Notes: a model not told the origin generated them from the letters alone. A stretch of 64,000 nucleotides of DNA from Haliotis rufescens (GCF_023055435.1 NW_025963857.1:30070001-30134000); one strand, 5' to 3'; positions 1 to 11,899 are shown, counted from the stretch's first letter. Made by a program: numbers and translations.

Positions 1-740
1 GCCAGTAGCTACAGCGGTCGCTTATCACAACGAACATACGGGTTCGATTCCCACAATGTTACAGTGATTGACTGAGTAAGGGATAACGCCGCTTTAGCAA
101 TATTCCAGCAATGTTACAATATCACGTCTGAAATTGGCGTCATACATTATACCTTAGACTTAATCAGTCTTTATTTTATATGTTATTTAAAACATTAACT
201 CCCCCTAGTGCACCTCATTCAGTTTCTGTTTACAGAGGTTTTTATGCATTCGGAACACACCAGGAAAGAGGAAGATGTATCTCGGAGATCTTGTTACTAT
301 TTATTAAAATTTGTAATAGAAACAGGGACTGCTTCCAGTCTAATTGAACCATGGAGTGAATCGAACCTGATCTTGGGTGGCTATACCATACACCCAACCC
401 AATTGGTACGTGATTATTGCTTTAAGTTGTGTTAAACCAACTTACTCACTCACTCCTTCAGTGTGTTTATCTTGCTTCAGTGGACTGATGACTAATGGAT
501 GCTAACAGTTGCTTCAACGACAAGACCAAGTTGTGTAAGCAAATAAACAAGGCACCCAAAGATCTTACAACCAGCCTTTCATAACAGATGACTGAAAAAA
601 TACATGTAAAATCTATAAGGCAGAGCATGTACTGCGTCATGATCAATACGTGTAAATGAAGCTGCGGTTACAGTATCTTCTCATCCATCACCGTCTGTCA
701 TCAGATGTCACTTCTGTGGGGTTCCGATCGAGCAGGTAGT

Positions 741-1024
741 NNNNNNNNNNNNNNNNNNNNNNNNNNNNNNNNNNNNNNNNNNNNNNNNNNNNNNNNNNNN
801 NNNNNNNNNNNNNNNNNNNNNNNNNNNNNNNNNNNNNNNNNNNNNNNNNNNNNNNNNNNNNNNNNNNNNNNNNNNNNNNNNNNNNNNNNNNNNNNNNNNN
901 NNNNNNNNNNNNNNNNNNNNNNNNNNNNNNNNNNNNNNNNNNNNNNNNNNNNNNNNNNNNNNNNNNNNNNNNNNNNNNNNNNNNNNNNNNNNNNNNNNNN
1001 NNNNNNNNNNNNNNNNNNNNNNNN
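741..1024. other. Assembly gap (N run)
   Basis: Continuous n bases. Confidence 1.
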
Positions 1025-1200
1025 TTTGTTTGTTGTTCAACACCGCACTCAGCAATATTCCAGCTATATGGCGGCGGTCTGTAAATAATCGAGTGATTGA
1101 CATCATGAGCATCGATCAACGCAATTGGGATACGAAAACTTGCATCAACCAAATCGTCACCTTTTATGGCAAACATGGATTGCTGATGACCTATTCTACC
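1025..1200 (-). mobile_element. SINE-like family B, decayed copy
   Basis: Reverse complement of gctggaatattgctgagtgcgg..gaacaacaaacaaa tail and body shared with 52684-52949. Confidence 0.8.
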
Positions 1201-1253
1201 AGTCATTTCATGGCATGGTAATTTCGAAATTCACTGGGTTTTTCACATATGTA

Positions 1254-1490
1254 GACCGCCTCCGTGGTCTAATGGATTGGGCGTCTGCCTGGTTTGATTC
1301 CCCGGCCGCGTCATGCCAAAAGACGTTAAAAGATGGTACTTGTTGTTATCCTGTCTGGCGCTCGGCATTAAGGGGATTAAAACAAGGATTGGTCGGCTCA
1401 TTATAATCTGAGTGTCTGAGTGGAGTATCCAGTTGAAGCTGCTGCTTGGTAATTCAGTGGGCAAGCATAATAAAACCGGAATAATTGCGA
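1254..1490 (+). mobile_element. tRNA-derived SINE with V-domain-like core
   Basis: Head gaccgcctccgtggtcta..tttgattcccc, then cgtcatgccaaaagacgttaaaagatggtacttgttgttatcctgtctggcgctcggcattaagggg resembling the V-SINE central domain; second copy at 55784. Confidence 0.7.
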
Positions 1491-1825
1491 ACGAGAACAA
1501 GCAGCCCCACACACGTGCATGCAAGTCGCGACATATGTGCAATAATCTAGAACATCATGTTGAACCCAATTTCACCCCACCTCTACATATGTCTTAACTT
1601 GGTAGCTATAACACTGGTGCCGTGTGCAGACAGGGAATTCCATTGTGAAAGTTTCAGGTCACGTGTTAATTTCGGTCTTCCAGCGATTTGCTATTGCTCG
1701 ATGGCTTCTTCAAATCGGGCCGTCATTACACGAGACCTGAGTCACCTTACTCCGACGGGGTGGATCGTTGCTCAAGCTACCAACCCTGGTGTGCTTGGTC
1801 CAGCCTCGAGTGTGTACCGCCGCTG

Positions 1826-2089
1826 TGTCATCCGCTACTGTTACCAGTAGCGTCTATTGACAAGCAATGACGAAACTATAGATGGTGTCATCTGCTACTA
1901 TTACCAGTAGCGTTTATTGGCAAGCAATGACGAAACTATAGATGGTGTCATCTGCGACTATTACAAGTAGCGTCTATTGGCAAGCAATGACGAAACTATA
2001 GATGGTGTCATCTGCGACTATTACAAGTAGCGTCTATTGGCAAGCAATGACGAAACTTTAGATGGTGTCATCTGCTACTACCAGGAGCG
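1826..2089. repeat. 60-bp tandem repeat, ~4.4 copies
   Basis: caagcaatgacgaaactatagatggtgtcatctg..ctattac(c/a)agtagcgt(c/t)tattg repeats with period 60. Confidence 0.95.
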
Positions 2090-2387
2090 TATTTCGGGTG
2101 GGTGGGCGGTTGTGTGGACGCGGAGATGGTGTATGTGTGTGGAGGCTACATTTTAACCACTTGGCTATGCAAATTCCCTGATGTTTATAGATCAGGGGGA
2201 CGTGTATTTTATAAGCGGCCCCAGAATAGGGACACTAATTGACCTGCATCGATGAAGTACTTCCAAAAGATCAAACAGAACATAACGAAAGTACTTACAA
2301 GGGTCCCTTAGTCTTCGCCATACATACGTCTTCGGATATGACGAACATGATGTAATAGCCACATTGTTACATTGTTATTCACATGAA

Positions 2388-2475
2388 TAGGTAGCTTAAA
2401 GGTTAAAGCGTTCGATCGTCACGAGGAAGACCAAAGTTCGAGTCCCAACATTGATACTACGGGTGAAACCCAATC
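2388..2475 (+). mobile_element. SINE family A, 5' (tRNA head) fragment
   Basis: ggttaaagcgttcgatcgtcacgaggaagacc..gttcgagtccc matches family A head. Confidence 0.7.
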
Positions 2476-2497
2476 TTGGCACAGCGCAATGGTCACA

Positions 2498-2860
2498 AAT
2501 CAGGTGGAGTTAAGCAACGTCGGCCCTTGGACGGGTGACCGCGTTTCGACAGCTTGGCTGGTGACAGTTTCCAGGGATTCGGCCCCGCCCAACACTGAAG
2601 CACATGTAAGACATGTGGCGTCCTCTTGGGCAAAGGGCTTGTCCGAAATGTGCCTCTGTTCACCCAACAGTGTATGGGTACCCGTGAGGATGAGATGGCA
2701 TTGTGATAACCTAACGCCTTACAAGCAGCTTGGGTTGTATGCTCCCCAGGGAGCTGAAAATGATTGTTGAGTGCACACTGATCCAGTGACTGAAGTAATG
2801 ATAGCGTTCTGAGCATGCCCCTGTGTGGTTTGGAAATATGCGCAATAAAAATGGTCTGAT
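2498..2860 (+). mobile_element. 5S rRNA-derived SINE (SINE3-type) with CORE-like domain and L2-like tail
   Basis: gagttaagcaacgtcggccc..ttggacgggtgaccg resembles 5S box A/C; tcctcttgggcaaagggctt..tgcctctgttcacccaacagtgtatgggtacc resembles CORE; agcgttctgagc..tatgcgcaataaaaat resembles L2-type 3' end. Confidence 0.6.
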
Positions 2861-3497
2861 AATGTTGGACAGTCTCATTAAATTCATTACATAATCTACA
2901 TTTCATATTTACATTTTGATGCAAAATCACACATTGACGGTTTCGAGTGGGAAGTGACTGGTTCTGAGCAGCAAACAGAAAGCCTTCTGTTTTACTTTCT
3001 AGACCAGACGACTTCATCCAAGCGAAGGACTCTATCTTCTCAACACACTGCACATAAACTCGTTGCAGTAGTCGTTCAGATAGCCTCTCCTTTAAAAAGT
3101 CTGGGCCGAATTGATATGGCACTTCGCTTAGTTGACACTCATTTCTGTACCGTCCAGCAGTACAGAACCATCAACAAAATCAACACTGACATTGAGATTA
3201 TGTCCCACATCCTTGGCTCGTTTTAGAAAACTGTGGAATGCCTTGTTTTCATCATGAGTCTTGACATGCTTAACAAGAGGATCATCAGACAAATAAATGT
3301 GTGCAGAAGTTCACAAAACAATTCTATCATGAAGAGCCCCAACATTAATCAAACCACGTCTTCTTATAATGATTGGTAAATATAAGCGATTGAGGGAAGA
3401 GCGAGGGTGGTGGGATCTATTGTCTGACATGACTCTTCGTGTGAGGGTGTCAATGTTATGAATTTCTTGTTTCGTCAAATCAACAACACCAAAAGAT
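2861..3497 (-). mobile_element. R4/Dong-like non-LTR retrotransposon fragment (thumb to CCHC), disrupted
   Basis: Translates to SFGVVDLTKQEIHNIDTLTRRVM..HHPRSSLNRLYLP..RGL and TEGFLFAAQNQSLPTRN..KCRLCNEFNETVQH; near-identical to 57230-57692. Confidence 0.9.
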
Positions 3498-3499
3498 TA

Positions 3500-3598
3500 T
3501 GATTATTATCAGTTTTGTTGTTGTTGTTGTCGTTGTTGTTGCTGTTGTTATTATCAGCTCGGGGCCCTTGCCCCCTCTACACGCAGCCCAGACAGCGA
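3500..3598 (-). mobile_element. 3' UTR and (TAA/CAA)n tail of the same R4/Dong-like element
   Basis: atcagctcggggcccttgcccc..ctacacgcagcccag matches 56577-56655 just past the stop codon of the second copy; followed in element sense by taataacaacagcaacaac.. Confidence 0.8.
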
Positions 3599-3727
3599 AT
3601 GACGGTTTAGTCAGGAGTGTGTTTACAACCACACTGACTGCTATTCTCCTCATCAATGCAAATTTACCATGTAACCTTTCTCTAGGGACTAAGGTAATGT
3701 ATCAAGATTACAGGTTTTCTACTTTTA

Positions 3728-3852
3728 CCCAATTGCGTGGATCGATGCTCATGATGTAAATCACCGGATTGTCTGGTCCACACTCGATTAATTACAGACC
3801 GCCGTCATATAGCTGGAATGTTGCTTAGTGCGGCGTTAAACAACAAACAAAA
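3728..3852 (+). mobile_element. SINE-like family B, 3' half
   Basis: cccaattgcgtggatcgatgctcatg..ggattgtctggtcca..gctggaatgttgcttagtgcggcgttaaacaacaaac. Confidence 0.9.
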
Positions 3853-4059
3853 ATAAGCGGTTTTCCACTTGAAAGGTTTCTTCTTAGCGAGAATTCACTG
3901 TAGTTTGAATATTGCTGTGTGCGCTGTAAAACATCAAACAAATAATGATCGGGGATTCGGCGTTGGGCAACATGCAGCCACTTATTTCTTTATGCAAACG
4001 GCAGGTGCTACCGATTATTTTCTGGCATTGACGCTTTATATTTAAGACAGAGGATTCGC

Positions 4060-5200
4060 TGCATCCGACTTCGTTACATGCGGACAACGTTGTATCTGAC
4101 TTCGATTACATCCGAACTACGCTATATCCGACTTCGTTATATGCGGACTACTTTGTGTCCGGTCTTCGTTGTACCCAGACTTCATTATGTTCATCCTGAT
4201 TCCGTTGTATCCGGACTTCATTATATCTGGGATTCCTTACAGCCTGACTTCGTCGTATCGGGACATCATTATATCCATACGGACTTCGTTGTATCCGGAG
4301 TTTATTATATCCTTCAAGACTTCGTCGTATCGGGACTTCATTATATCCATACGGACTTCGGTGTATCCGGAGTTCATTATATCCTTCCGGACTTCGTCGT
4401 ATCGGGACTTCATTATATCCTTCCGGACTTCGTTGTATCCGGAGTTTATTATATCCTTCCAGACTTCGTTGTATCCGGAGTTCATTATATCCTTCCGGAC
4501 TTCGTTGTATCCGGAGTTCATTATATCCTTCCGGACTTCGTTGTATCCGGAGTTCATTATATCCTTCCGGACTTCGTTGTATCCGGAGTTCATTATATCC
4601 TTCCAGACTTCGTTGTATCCGGGGTTCATTATATCTTTCCAGACTTCGTTGTATCCGGAGATCATTATATCCTTCCGGACTTCGTTGTATCCGGAGTTCA
4701 TTATATCCTTCCGGACTTCGTTGTATCCGGAGTTCATTATATCCTTTCCGGACTTCATTGTATCCGGAGTTCATTATATCCTTGCCGGACTTCATTGTAT
4801 CCGGAGTTCATTATATCCTTCCGGACTTCGTTGTATCCGGAGTTCATTATATCCTTCCAGACTTCGTTGTATCCGGAGTTCATTATATCCTTCCGGACTT
4901 CGTTGTATCCGGAATTCATTATATCCTTCCGGACTTCGTTGTATCCGGAGTTCATTATATCCTTCCGGACTTCGTTGTATCCGGAGTTCATTATATCCTT
5001 CCGGACTTCGTTGTATCCGGAGTTCATTATATCCTTCCGGACTTCGTTGTATCCGGAGTTCATTATATCCTTTCCGGACTTCGTTGTATCCGGAGTTCAT
5101 TATATCCTTCCGGACTTCGTTGTATCCGGAGTTCATTATATCCTTCCAGACTTCGTTGTATCCGGAGTTCATTATATCCTTCCGGACTTCGTTGTATCCT
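4060..5200. repeat. 36-bp minisatellite (>25 copies) built from ~16-bp subunits
   Basis: atccttccggacttcgttgtatccggagttcattat repeated; explains all overlapping ORFs (ILPDFVVSGVHY etc.). Confidence 0.97.
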
Positions 5201-5659
5201 GGCATCCATAAAATACTTGTTGTTTCCAGAGTTCGTTACCTCCGGACAACGGATCTTTTAATTTAATCTTCATTTACACGGCTTGAATGGTACATGGGTA
5301 TACAATACACGTACCCCTTTGTGTTGTGCACTACAGGAGTCGGCAACCTACTTACCAGAGATACAATCTGAGTCAATCGGTGATTAATCACCGTCCTCCC
5401 TACGCTCTTATAAGCATTATGTGATGCGTGAGGATGGTTAAGGGACCCGGCTCTGTGGGAGCGGTCTACACACACAGTGCTTGACCCCCTTACGCCGTCA
5501 TTCTTCCACAACCTAGCACAGAAAGCCCAACACCGGAGACAACCAAACAATATTGTTTAATTGATTTTTATTTACAAACTTAATGATCAATGAAGCTTAA
5601 TGCGGCAAACATGAAAAAGGTTCAGTTATAATCGATGTCCTGTCTTTGTGGCAAATCTC

Positions 5660-5830
5660 AGCATATGACGTCATAGCGAGTGAGCACGTGTGGTTGATTG
5701 TCGATGCGCAACTTGTCGACGTTAGTGTATATGGCGGAGCGTGCAGTGCGCGTGCGCAAGTGTGCAACGTTATGATGGCGACAGTGAAGAGAAGGGACAC
5801 TCTAATGGATGCTCACTCACCGTACCCTAC
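5660..5830. promoter_or_regulatory. CpG-rich promoter-like segment
   Basis: tgacgtca (CRE), cacgtg (E-box), atggcgg (YY1-like), gcgcgtgcgca (NRF1-like) within ~120 bp in an otherwise CpG-poor region. Confidence 0.35.
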
Positions 5831-6769
5831 CCAGTTTCGCATAAATCTACAGTTGACAGGCTCACAATGAGCTATGGCTAGCTTTTATATGCCATCATTC
5901 TCAAACTTTAATTGGGGATTTGATTATATGAAACGTTATTTTGCGAACAATAAATGAAAATGTTCTTTAAGGCCTCGACACAGGATCTTAAAATAGGAAT
6001 AGTTTTTACAGGAATATTATTACATTTAATTATGTGGCACAATAAAAGCTACGGTCCTTGGATAAGGATATTTTGAGAGTAGACAATTTAAGGGCATGAT
6101 TGTTGCACCCTCGTTGTTTATTATTCATTTAATGTTTATTATTAATCACACACTATCCAGTACAGGTATAATCAGACTATCAACAACACATAACCAGTTG
6201 TTTTTTTAACCAATGTTAAATTATTAACATATATGGTAAACTTGTGTACTTCAGGTGGCACCTTGATCTGTTCTTTATTAAGCTTCACACAAATTAAATG
6301 ATCACCATAAAATATGCATTAAGACACAGTGAATGAGTGATCAATAGTGCATGCATTACATGTCTTGCCAGTGACAAACAAAATCAATTTGCAATTTATT
6401 TACTTTTTATGTACTTCATTCCAATTTTAAAGTTTACAGGCATTCTGCTATTAAAACACATTTTCTAAATGTGTATGCGTGTATAACTCTCTCTGAGATG
6501 ATATTACAAAACATTAAGTTGTAGGAAACGCTAATAAATCCATTCCCTCTCAACCCGTAGACATGTATGCTGAAAGGTTTTTAAATAATGTTTTTATTAC
6601 ATTACGCACTAACGAGAGAAAAATAAGATATATTTGTACAGTCGGCACACATGGCGATTTTCACTGAACTAAAATGACGTCAAAAGTCTTATGATGTCGC
6701 AGCACAATTGTATCCTTGCAACCATGAGGTCTCTTTTCCCCTGTTAGGTCACATATGTTCTTTTGAAGA

Positions 6770-7680
6770 GGATGGTCTTGAGGGATGACCATGGGACCAG
6801 AAGCTTCTAACAGCCTTGGGTCTTAGGTCATCCTTGGTAGTTTTGAACACAGATGAGATGACCAAAAAATCATTGTCGTCATTCAATTTGAGGAATGTCT
6901 CACTTACCAACGATGGTGACAATGGACTGAATCCAGATAGAGCTGTGAATCACCAGCATACAGATGAAAACTGAGATCATGTCATTGAGAAAGTGAAAAG
7001 TATTGCGCCAAGAACAGATCCCCGTGAAATTCCAAACTCTTCTAGCCGAAGATGTGTCCTGTGAGATATGATGTGAACCATGCCAGGGCATCACCATTCA
7101 ACCCAACCTCTGACTCCAGGGTCTGGGGAAGAGATGAGACGTTTATTCTGTCAAATACGACGGAAAGATCCAAGACGACAAAAGTCGTCGCTCCCTTGGA
7201 ATACACAGTATGTGTGCACACGGTACAAAGCTATTTCTGTGCTTTGATCAGTCTTGTAGGGCGATTGCAGGACATCTCCAAGCTAGATGTCATGCTTGAC
7301 GAGCTTTTGCCGTCTAGCCACCAATCTGGAAAGGAAAGCTAGATTTCAGACCGAGCGATAGTTCTTAAACTCTTATGATCCAGCGTTCGCTTTTTCAGTA
7401 AATGCATTATCAGCACTTCTTTCAATACTGGAGGAACCTTGTTTTTAGCCAACAAATGATTCATTATTGAAGTGAGCGTTGGCAAGAGAACACATTGACA
7501 CTGTTTAAGTAACCAATTGGACTGCAAGTATTGGTGGGACACTTTGCAAAAGGTTTTCCATCTTCGGCAGCACTACACAGTATATCAAGTCGTAGCTGAC
7601 ATTGCTGGATGAACCTAACGAACTGACGTCATTACTGATACTAAGACAAAATTGTTATGGATGAGCAACTTCTTTATTAC
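6770..7680 (-). mobile_element. Decayed L2/CR1-group LINE RT fragment
   Basis: WLLKQC..LLPTLTSIMN..KVPPVLKE..LLKKRTLD, QSTEIAL, LDLSVVFD and YAGDSQLY (YADD-derived) across frameshifts. Confidence 0.8.
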
Positions 7681-7929
7681 AATTGGGCGACGTTTCATCA
7701 GTTTGCCAAAACAACACTGAACTATTATCTCCCCACTGGCTTCCCATACTTTCCTTCTTAGTAATCCTTGTGTTAATCCCATACCCATCAATTACTGTAC
7801 ATCAACCCCATCTCTTGTATAAACTTGTCTTATCTAAACTACCTAATCAATCAGTGTACATCAACCTTATCTGTTATATAAACATCTATCTATTGTTATG
7901 TATATATATCATGCTCATACCAAGTTTGT

Positions 7930-9900
7930 GGGCTAATACAAAAACTTAAAAAAATAGGACTCAAAGGTCAGATAATAAACTACATCCAGGACTTCCTAAA
8001 CAATCGTAAAATAACCGTGGGTATAGACCAAACTCTATCGGACCAATGTCCCCTAGAAAATGGTACTCCACAGGGCAGTATCCTCAGCCCCACCCTCTTC
8101 AATATAATGATAAACGATCTATTCGAGGGCCTATCCCCTAAAGTAAACACATCAAAATTCGCGGATGATGGAGCCATCTGGATCCGCACTAAAAGCAGGA
8201 ACATGGTCCAAAATTTACTCCAAAAATCTCTTAATAAAATACAACAGTGGGCTGACAAATGGGGCTTCTCCCTTAACTCAGAAAAAACAACAGGAATAGT
8301 ATTCAAACATAAAAACATGAAACCCGCCTCCCCAATCCTCCAGCTAAACAATCAAACAATCAAATTTCAAAAACAAACCAAATTCTTAGGACTTATTTTC
8401 GATGAACATCTCACCTGGGATGCTCACATCCAAAACCTAACAACTAAATGCAGTAAAGACCTAAACACCCTAAGATGCCTAACTGGTTCTAACTGGGGAG
8501 CATCCAAAGATACCCTCCTCTCTCTCTACATATCACTAATTAGATCAAAACTAGACTACGGCTGCGCCATATACAACACCCTAAACAACTCTCTATCTAA
8601 AAAACTTGACTCAATACAATATCAGGCTCTCAAACTAATTACACGCACCCAACATGGCACCTCCTACACCTCACTTCAGGCCTTAACAGGAGAAATGCCA
8701 CTAAGTCTACGCAGGGAACAGCTAAGCTTAAATTTCTGGGCCGCGTCCCAATCAAACCCTCTCATCCAAAACTTAATAAACCAAAACATCAGCCTCAAAA
8801 ACCAAGCTCTAGCTCGTAAACACCCCTTACTTACCCCAATATCCCAAAGAATAACAAACTACCTAAATGAACACCAAATTAAAAATCTTAAACAAAACTG
8901 CAAACAATCAAATATCTTCACCCCTAAACTTAAAATACCCAAAATAGACACAACACTAGCTAGCCAAATAAATAAACAAACCGACCCAAACATAGCTAAA
9001 ACTACCACACTAGCATACATACACGAAAATTGGCCAAATTGGTGTCACATTTACACGGACGGATCCTCAGATCCGACCTCCAAACACACAGGTTTCGGAG
9101 TCCATACCACACAACCAACTAAAACCACACAATCCTTCCGACTCCCAAACAACCAATCAATATTCACGGCAGAACTAATGGGCATGGCCTCAGCCCTCCA
9201 TAATCAAGAATCCAAAAACCACAAAAAAATCCTAATACTTACCGACTCCCTAAGTGGACTGCAAGCCCTCCAAAACAAAAATACCAAAAACCGACCTAAA
9301 TTAATAAATCAAATACTTAAAAGCTCCAACGACCTAACTAAGGCAGGCAAACAAATAACCTTCTTGTGGATACCCGCCCACGTAGGAATATACGGTAATG
9401 AAAACGCCGATAAAGCAGCTAAACTATCCCTCAAAATCCCAGAAATAAGCTTAAACTTACCCATCTCAAAATCAGAAATTAAAAGTGTAAACAAGCAAAA
9501 AATCACCAAAAAATGGCATAACCTATATCTAAACTCAAATAGCCAAATCAAAAAAGTGCTCAGCAAACCACTAACCAAACCAAAAATTCTCCATCCATCC
9601 AAAAAAATCGACAGAGTAATCACTAAACTCCAAACAGGACACACCAACCTAAATAACCACCTTAAAAAATTTAAAAAACACACTACAGGTAACTGCCCAC
9701 ACTGCAAACAACCAGAAACCCCAGAACACGCACTCATCCACTGCACACACTACCTAACACATCGAACCGCATTACAAACCACCCTCAATCTAAACAAGGC
9801 TCTAACTCTAGAAGCAATACTAAACCCACAAAATAAACTAGAAAACTTCAAGGCCTTAGGCGTATTCTTAATCAAAACGGAACTAATAAAACGCATCTAA
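7930..9900 (+). CDS. LINE ORF2 C-terminal part: reverse transcriptase, RNase H, CCHC zinc knuckle (no start codon; 5'-truncated)
   Basis: GTPQGSILSPTLFNI, FADD, KFLGL; RNase H YTDGS..AEL..TDS..WIPAHVGIYGNENAD; CPHCKQPETPEHALIHC; frame is open from 7930. Confidence 0.93.
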   Translation, partial: GLIQKLKKIGLKGQIINYIQDFLNNRKITVGIDQTLSDQCPLENGTPQGSILSPTLFNIMINDLFEGLSPKVNTSKFADDGAIWIRTKSRNMVQNLLQKSLNKIQQWADKWGFSLNSEKTTGIVFKHKNMKPASPILQLNNQTIKFQKQTKFLGLIFDEHLTWDAHIQNLTTKCSKDLNTLRCLTGSNWGASKDTLLSLYISLIRSKLDYGCAIYNTLNNSLSKKLDSIQYQALKLITRTQHGTSYTSLQALTGEMPLSLRREQLSLNFWAASQSNPLIQNLINQNISLKNQALARKHPLLTPISQRITNYLNEHQIKNLKQNCKQSNIFTPKLKIPKIDTTLASQINKQTDPNIAKTTTLAYIHENWPNWCHIYTDGSSDPTSKHTGFGVHTTQPTKTTQSFRLPNNQSIFTAELMGMASALHNQESKNHKKILILTDSLSGLQALQNKNTKNRPKLINQILKSSNDLTKAGKQITFLWIPAHVGIYGNENADKAAKLSLKIPEISLNLPISKSEIKSVNKQKITKKWHNLYLNSNSQIKKVLSKPLTKPKILHPSKKIDRVITKLQTGHTNLNNHLKKFKKHTTGNCPHCKQPETPEHALIHCTHYLTHRTALQTTLNLNKALTLEAILNPQNKLENFKALGVFLIKTELIKRI

Positions 9901-10176
9901 AAACACAATAACTCACCAAATCAAAATCACATAAACAAACAAACATCCACCATACCCAGCTCCCTTAGTTCTCCTCCCCAATCCCATCGGCATCTATTCC
10001 AAATCTCAAAATTCCCAAATTCTATATAAGCAACCCCTAAAACCCCCCTCTTGGGTTGCACAGACCACCTTCGCCCCTTTCGGAAACACATTAAATGGCC
10101 TGGCCGGGCCCGTGTGCGAAATACGCATCAGTCGGAAAGCGCACGTTAAATCTCCAAAGTAAGTAAGTAAGTAAGT
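7930..10176 (+). mobile_element. 5'-truncated I/Nimb-type LINE, young insertion
   Basis: 8-bp TSD aagtttgt at 7922-7929 and 10177-10184; uninterrupted ORF2; 3' UTR ending gcacgttaaatctccaaa(gtaa)n. Confidence 0.92.
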
Positions 10177-10999
10177 AAGTTTGTACATCATTTGCTTGAT
10201 AACGATGTTAGAATCTACACCGAAACGTCGCCCAATTGTAATAAAGAAGTTGCTCATCTATAACAATTTTGTCTTAGTTACCATTCCAACTTCTAAATGC
10301 CACTCAAAGAAGTCATTACGGATGTTTTTGATTCTTTACAGTAAAGAAGTTGATAGACTTTGTTAACAGGCTTCTCTGTTGTTGTACTTAAAGGTAAATT
10401 GGCTTGCTTTTGTTTGGAAGAGTAATGCATTTCCAACTTAAAATACTTCCCTCTGATCTCTAGCATTGTTTACCTATGATGAGAAATATCAAAAAGATTT
10501 GTTGGTAATCTTTCAATTGTCTACATTTGATATCACGGGAAGCCCGAGATATCTGTCGAGCACATACTACCAAAATAGTCAGACAGTACAGAATGGCCAT
10601 CGTGAGAATCACAGACCCTAATCTCATCTAATCTAGGTATTATCAAGTCCAAAATATGCAACACTTTGTGCGTTGGATGGATGACAATTTGAATCAAATA
10701 TTTTGTAGAAAATAAATGTATATGGTGCTGTGCATTAATATATTTTACTTTCTAAACATGAAACATTTATTTGCTAAATTTATTTCTTCTGTGTGCTCAT
10801 GCTGCTTAATTAAAAACTTTTCCATAAACTGGTCTACAAAAACGTTACTAGAACAATGTAGCCACATTACAATAAGATTATATTTTTATATAAGTGAACT
10901 ACCCCAAACTGCATGGCATATTCATGTTAAGATTAATGGTTTTTGTTTTTTTCTGCTTTTGTGCAAAGATTGCCTGGCTAAGACATAATACATGAGTAT

Positions 11000-11657
11000 T
11001 AATAATTTCAGGCAACATTTGGAGTGGAGGAATCAGAAGTCGTTTCATTGGAAGGTCGGATTTGTATCAGAAAATAGTAGAAATTGCCATTTGATTCCAA
11101 GAAGGAACTCTTCTCTGAGAATGTTGGCAGCAGCTCACCCACAGCCATGCTCAGAATACTGACAAGCCGCAAGCCACAACTGGGTATCCATGCATTGTTA
11201 AGCTGCTGTGTGTCTATGCTACTGTCTTCCTGTCTACATCAGGAGTAGAAAAGGTGTTCTCAAGAGTGAAGCTCTTTGTTTCAGAACACAGAAACACACA
11301 ACTGTGAGCGACTCAACAGACTCTTGATGATCAGTGTGAACACATCTACTGTTGTCACTGACATCTCCAGGAAGAACAAAAGAATATGATGGTTAACTGT
11401 TTCAGTGTGATTGTCAAAAGAATCCTGAAAACATGTACAAAGAATGCAATAACTTATATAAAAACTTAGAGATTTTTAGTTTGTTTTATTTGTTGAAGTT
11501 AAGTGAAATAACTGTGCTCTTTTAGCCTTTAATAATTATATGCACGAATAACATGACATTATTCATGGAAATCTGTTGTTGGGTGCCCTTTTGGGAATGA
11601 GGGTGCCCTTTATGAAATTCCCTTCCCCTAGGCTTTTTTATCCTGGGGGAAACACTA
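11000..11657 (+). mobile_element. hAT transposon remnant (dimerisation domain and right TIR)
   Basis: LLCVYATVFLSTSGVEKVFSRVKLFVSEHRN at ~11200-11300 resembles the hAT ER.FS motif; ends cctgggggaaacacta (YAGTGTTTCCC-type TIR); repeated gggtgccctt subterminal motif. Confidence 0.7.
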
Positions 11658-11899
11658 ATGAATGTTCAAATTCACCGCAGTAATGTCCCCCATAGGTCAG
11701 TCAATCTTTATTTCTTAATACTGAGAAGGTCATAGTCTTATAGTATTCTACACATAGTAGTTGAGGGTACATGTATACAATATACATCAATAACCATGAT
11801 AACTGTTAAATTAAATCAAGACGTAGTGTAAGATCAGTCTTTTTAAGATTCATAGCATGGAAAAGGAACATTGACAATTTTTTAATTGTGACAGTATTA

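Noticed and set aside
688-1206. ORFs spanning N runs (also at 17403, 56304, 57911)
   Set aside because: Length comes from unknown bases.
2498-2545. 5S rRNA gene
   Set aside because: Short, internally deleted similarity that continues into a CORE-like SINE body.
4078-5266. Long overlapping ORFs (377, 365, 215 aa)
   Set aside because: Produced by a 36-bp tandem repeat lacking stops; frames shift at single-base indels; no non-repetitive domain.
9309-9746. Antisense ORFs within the LINE (also 7980-8351)
   Set aside because: Shadow frames of the compositionally skewed ORF2.
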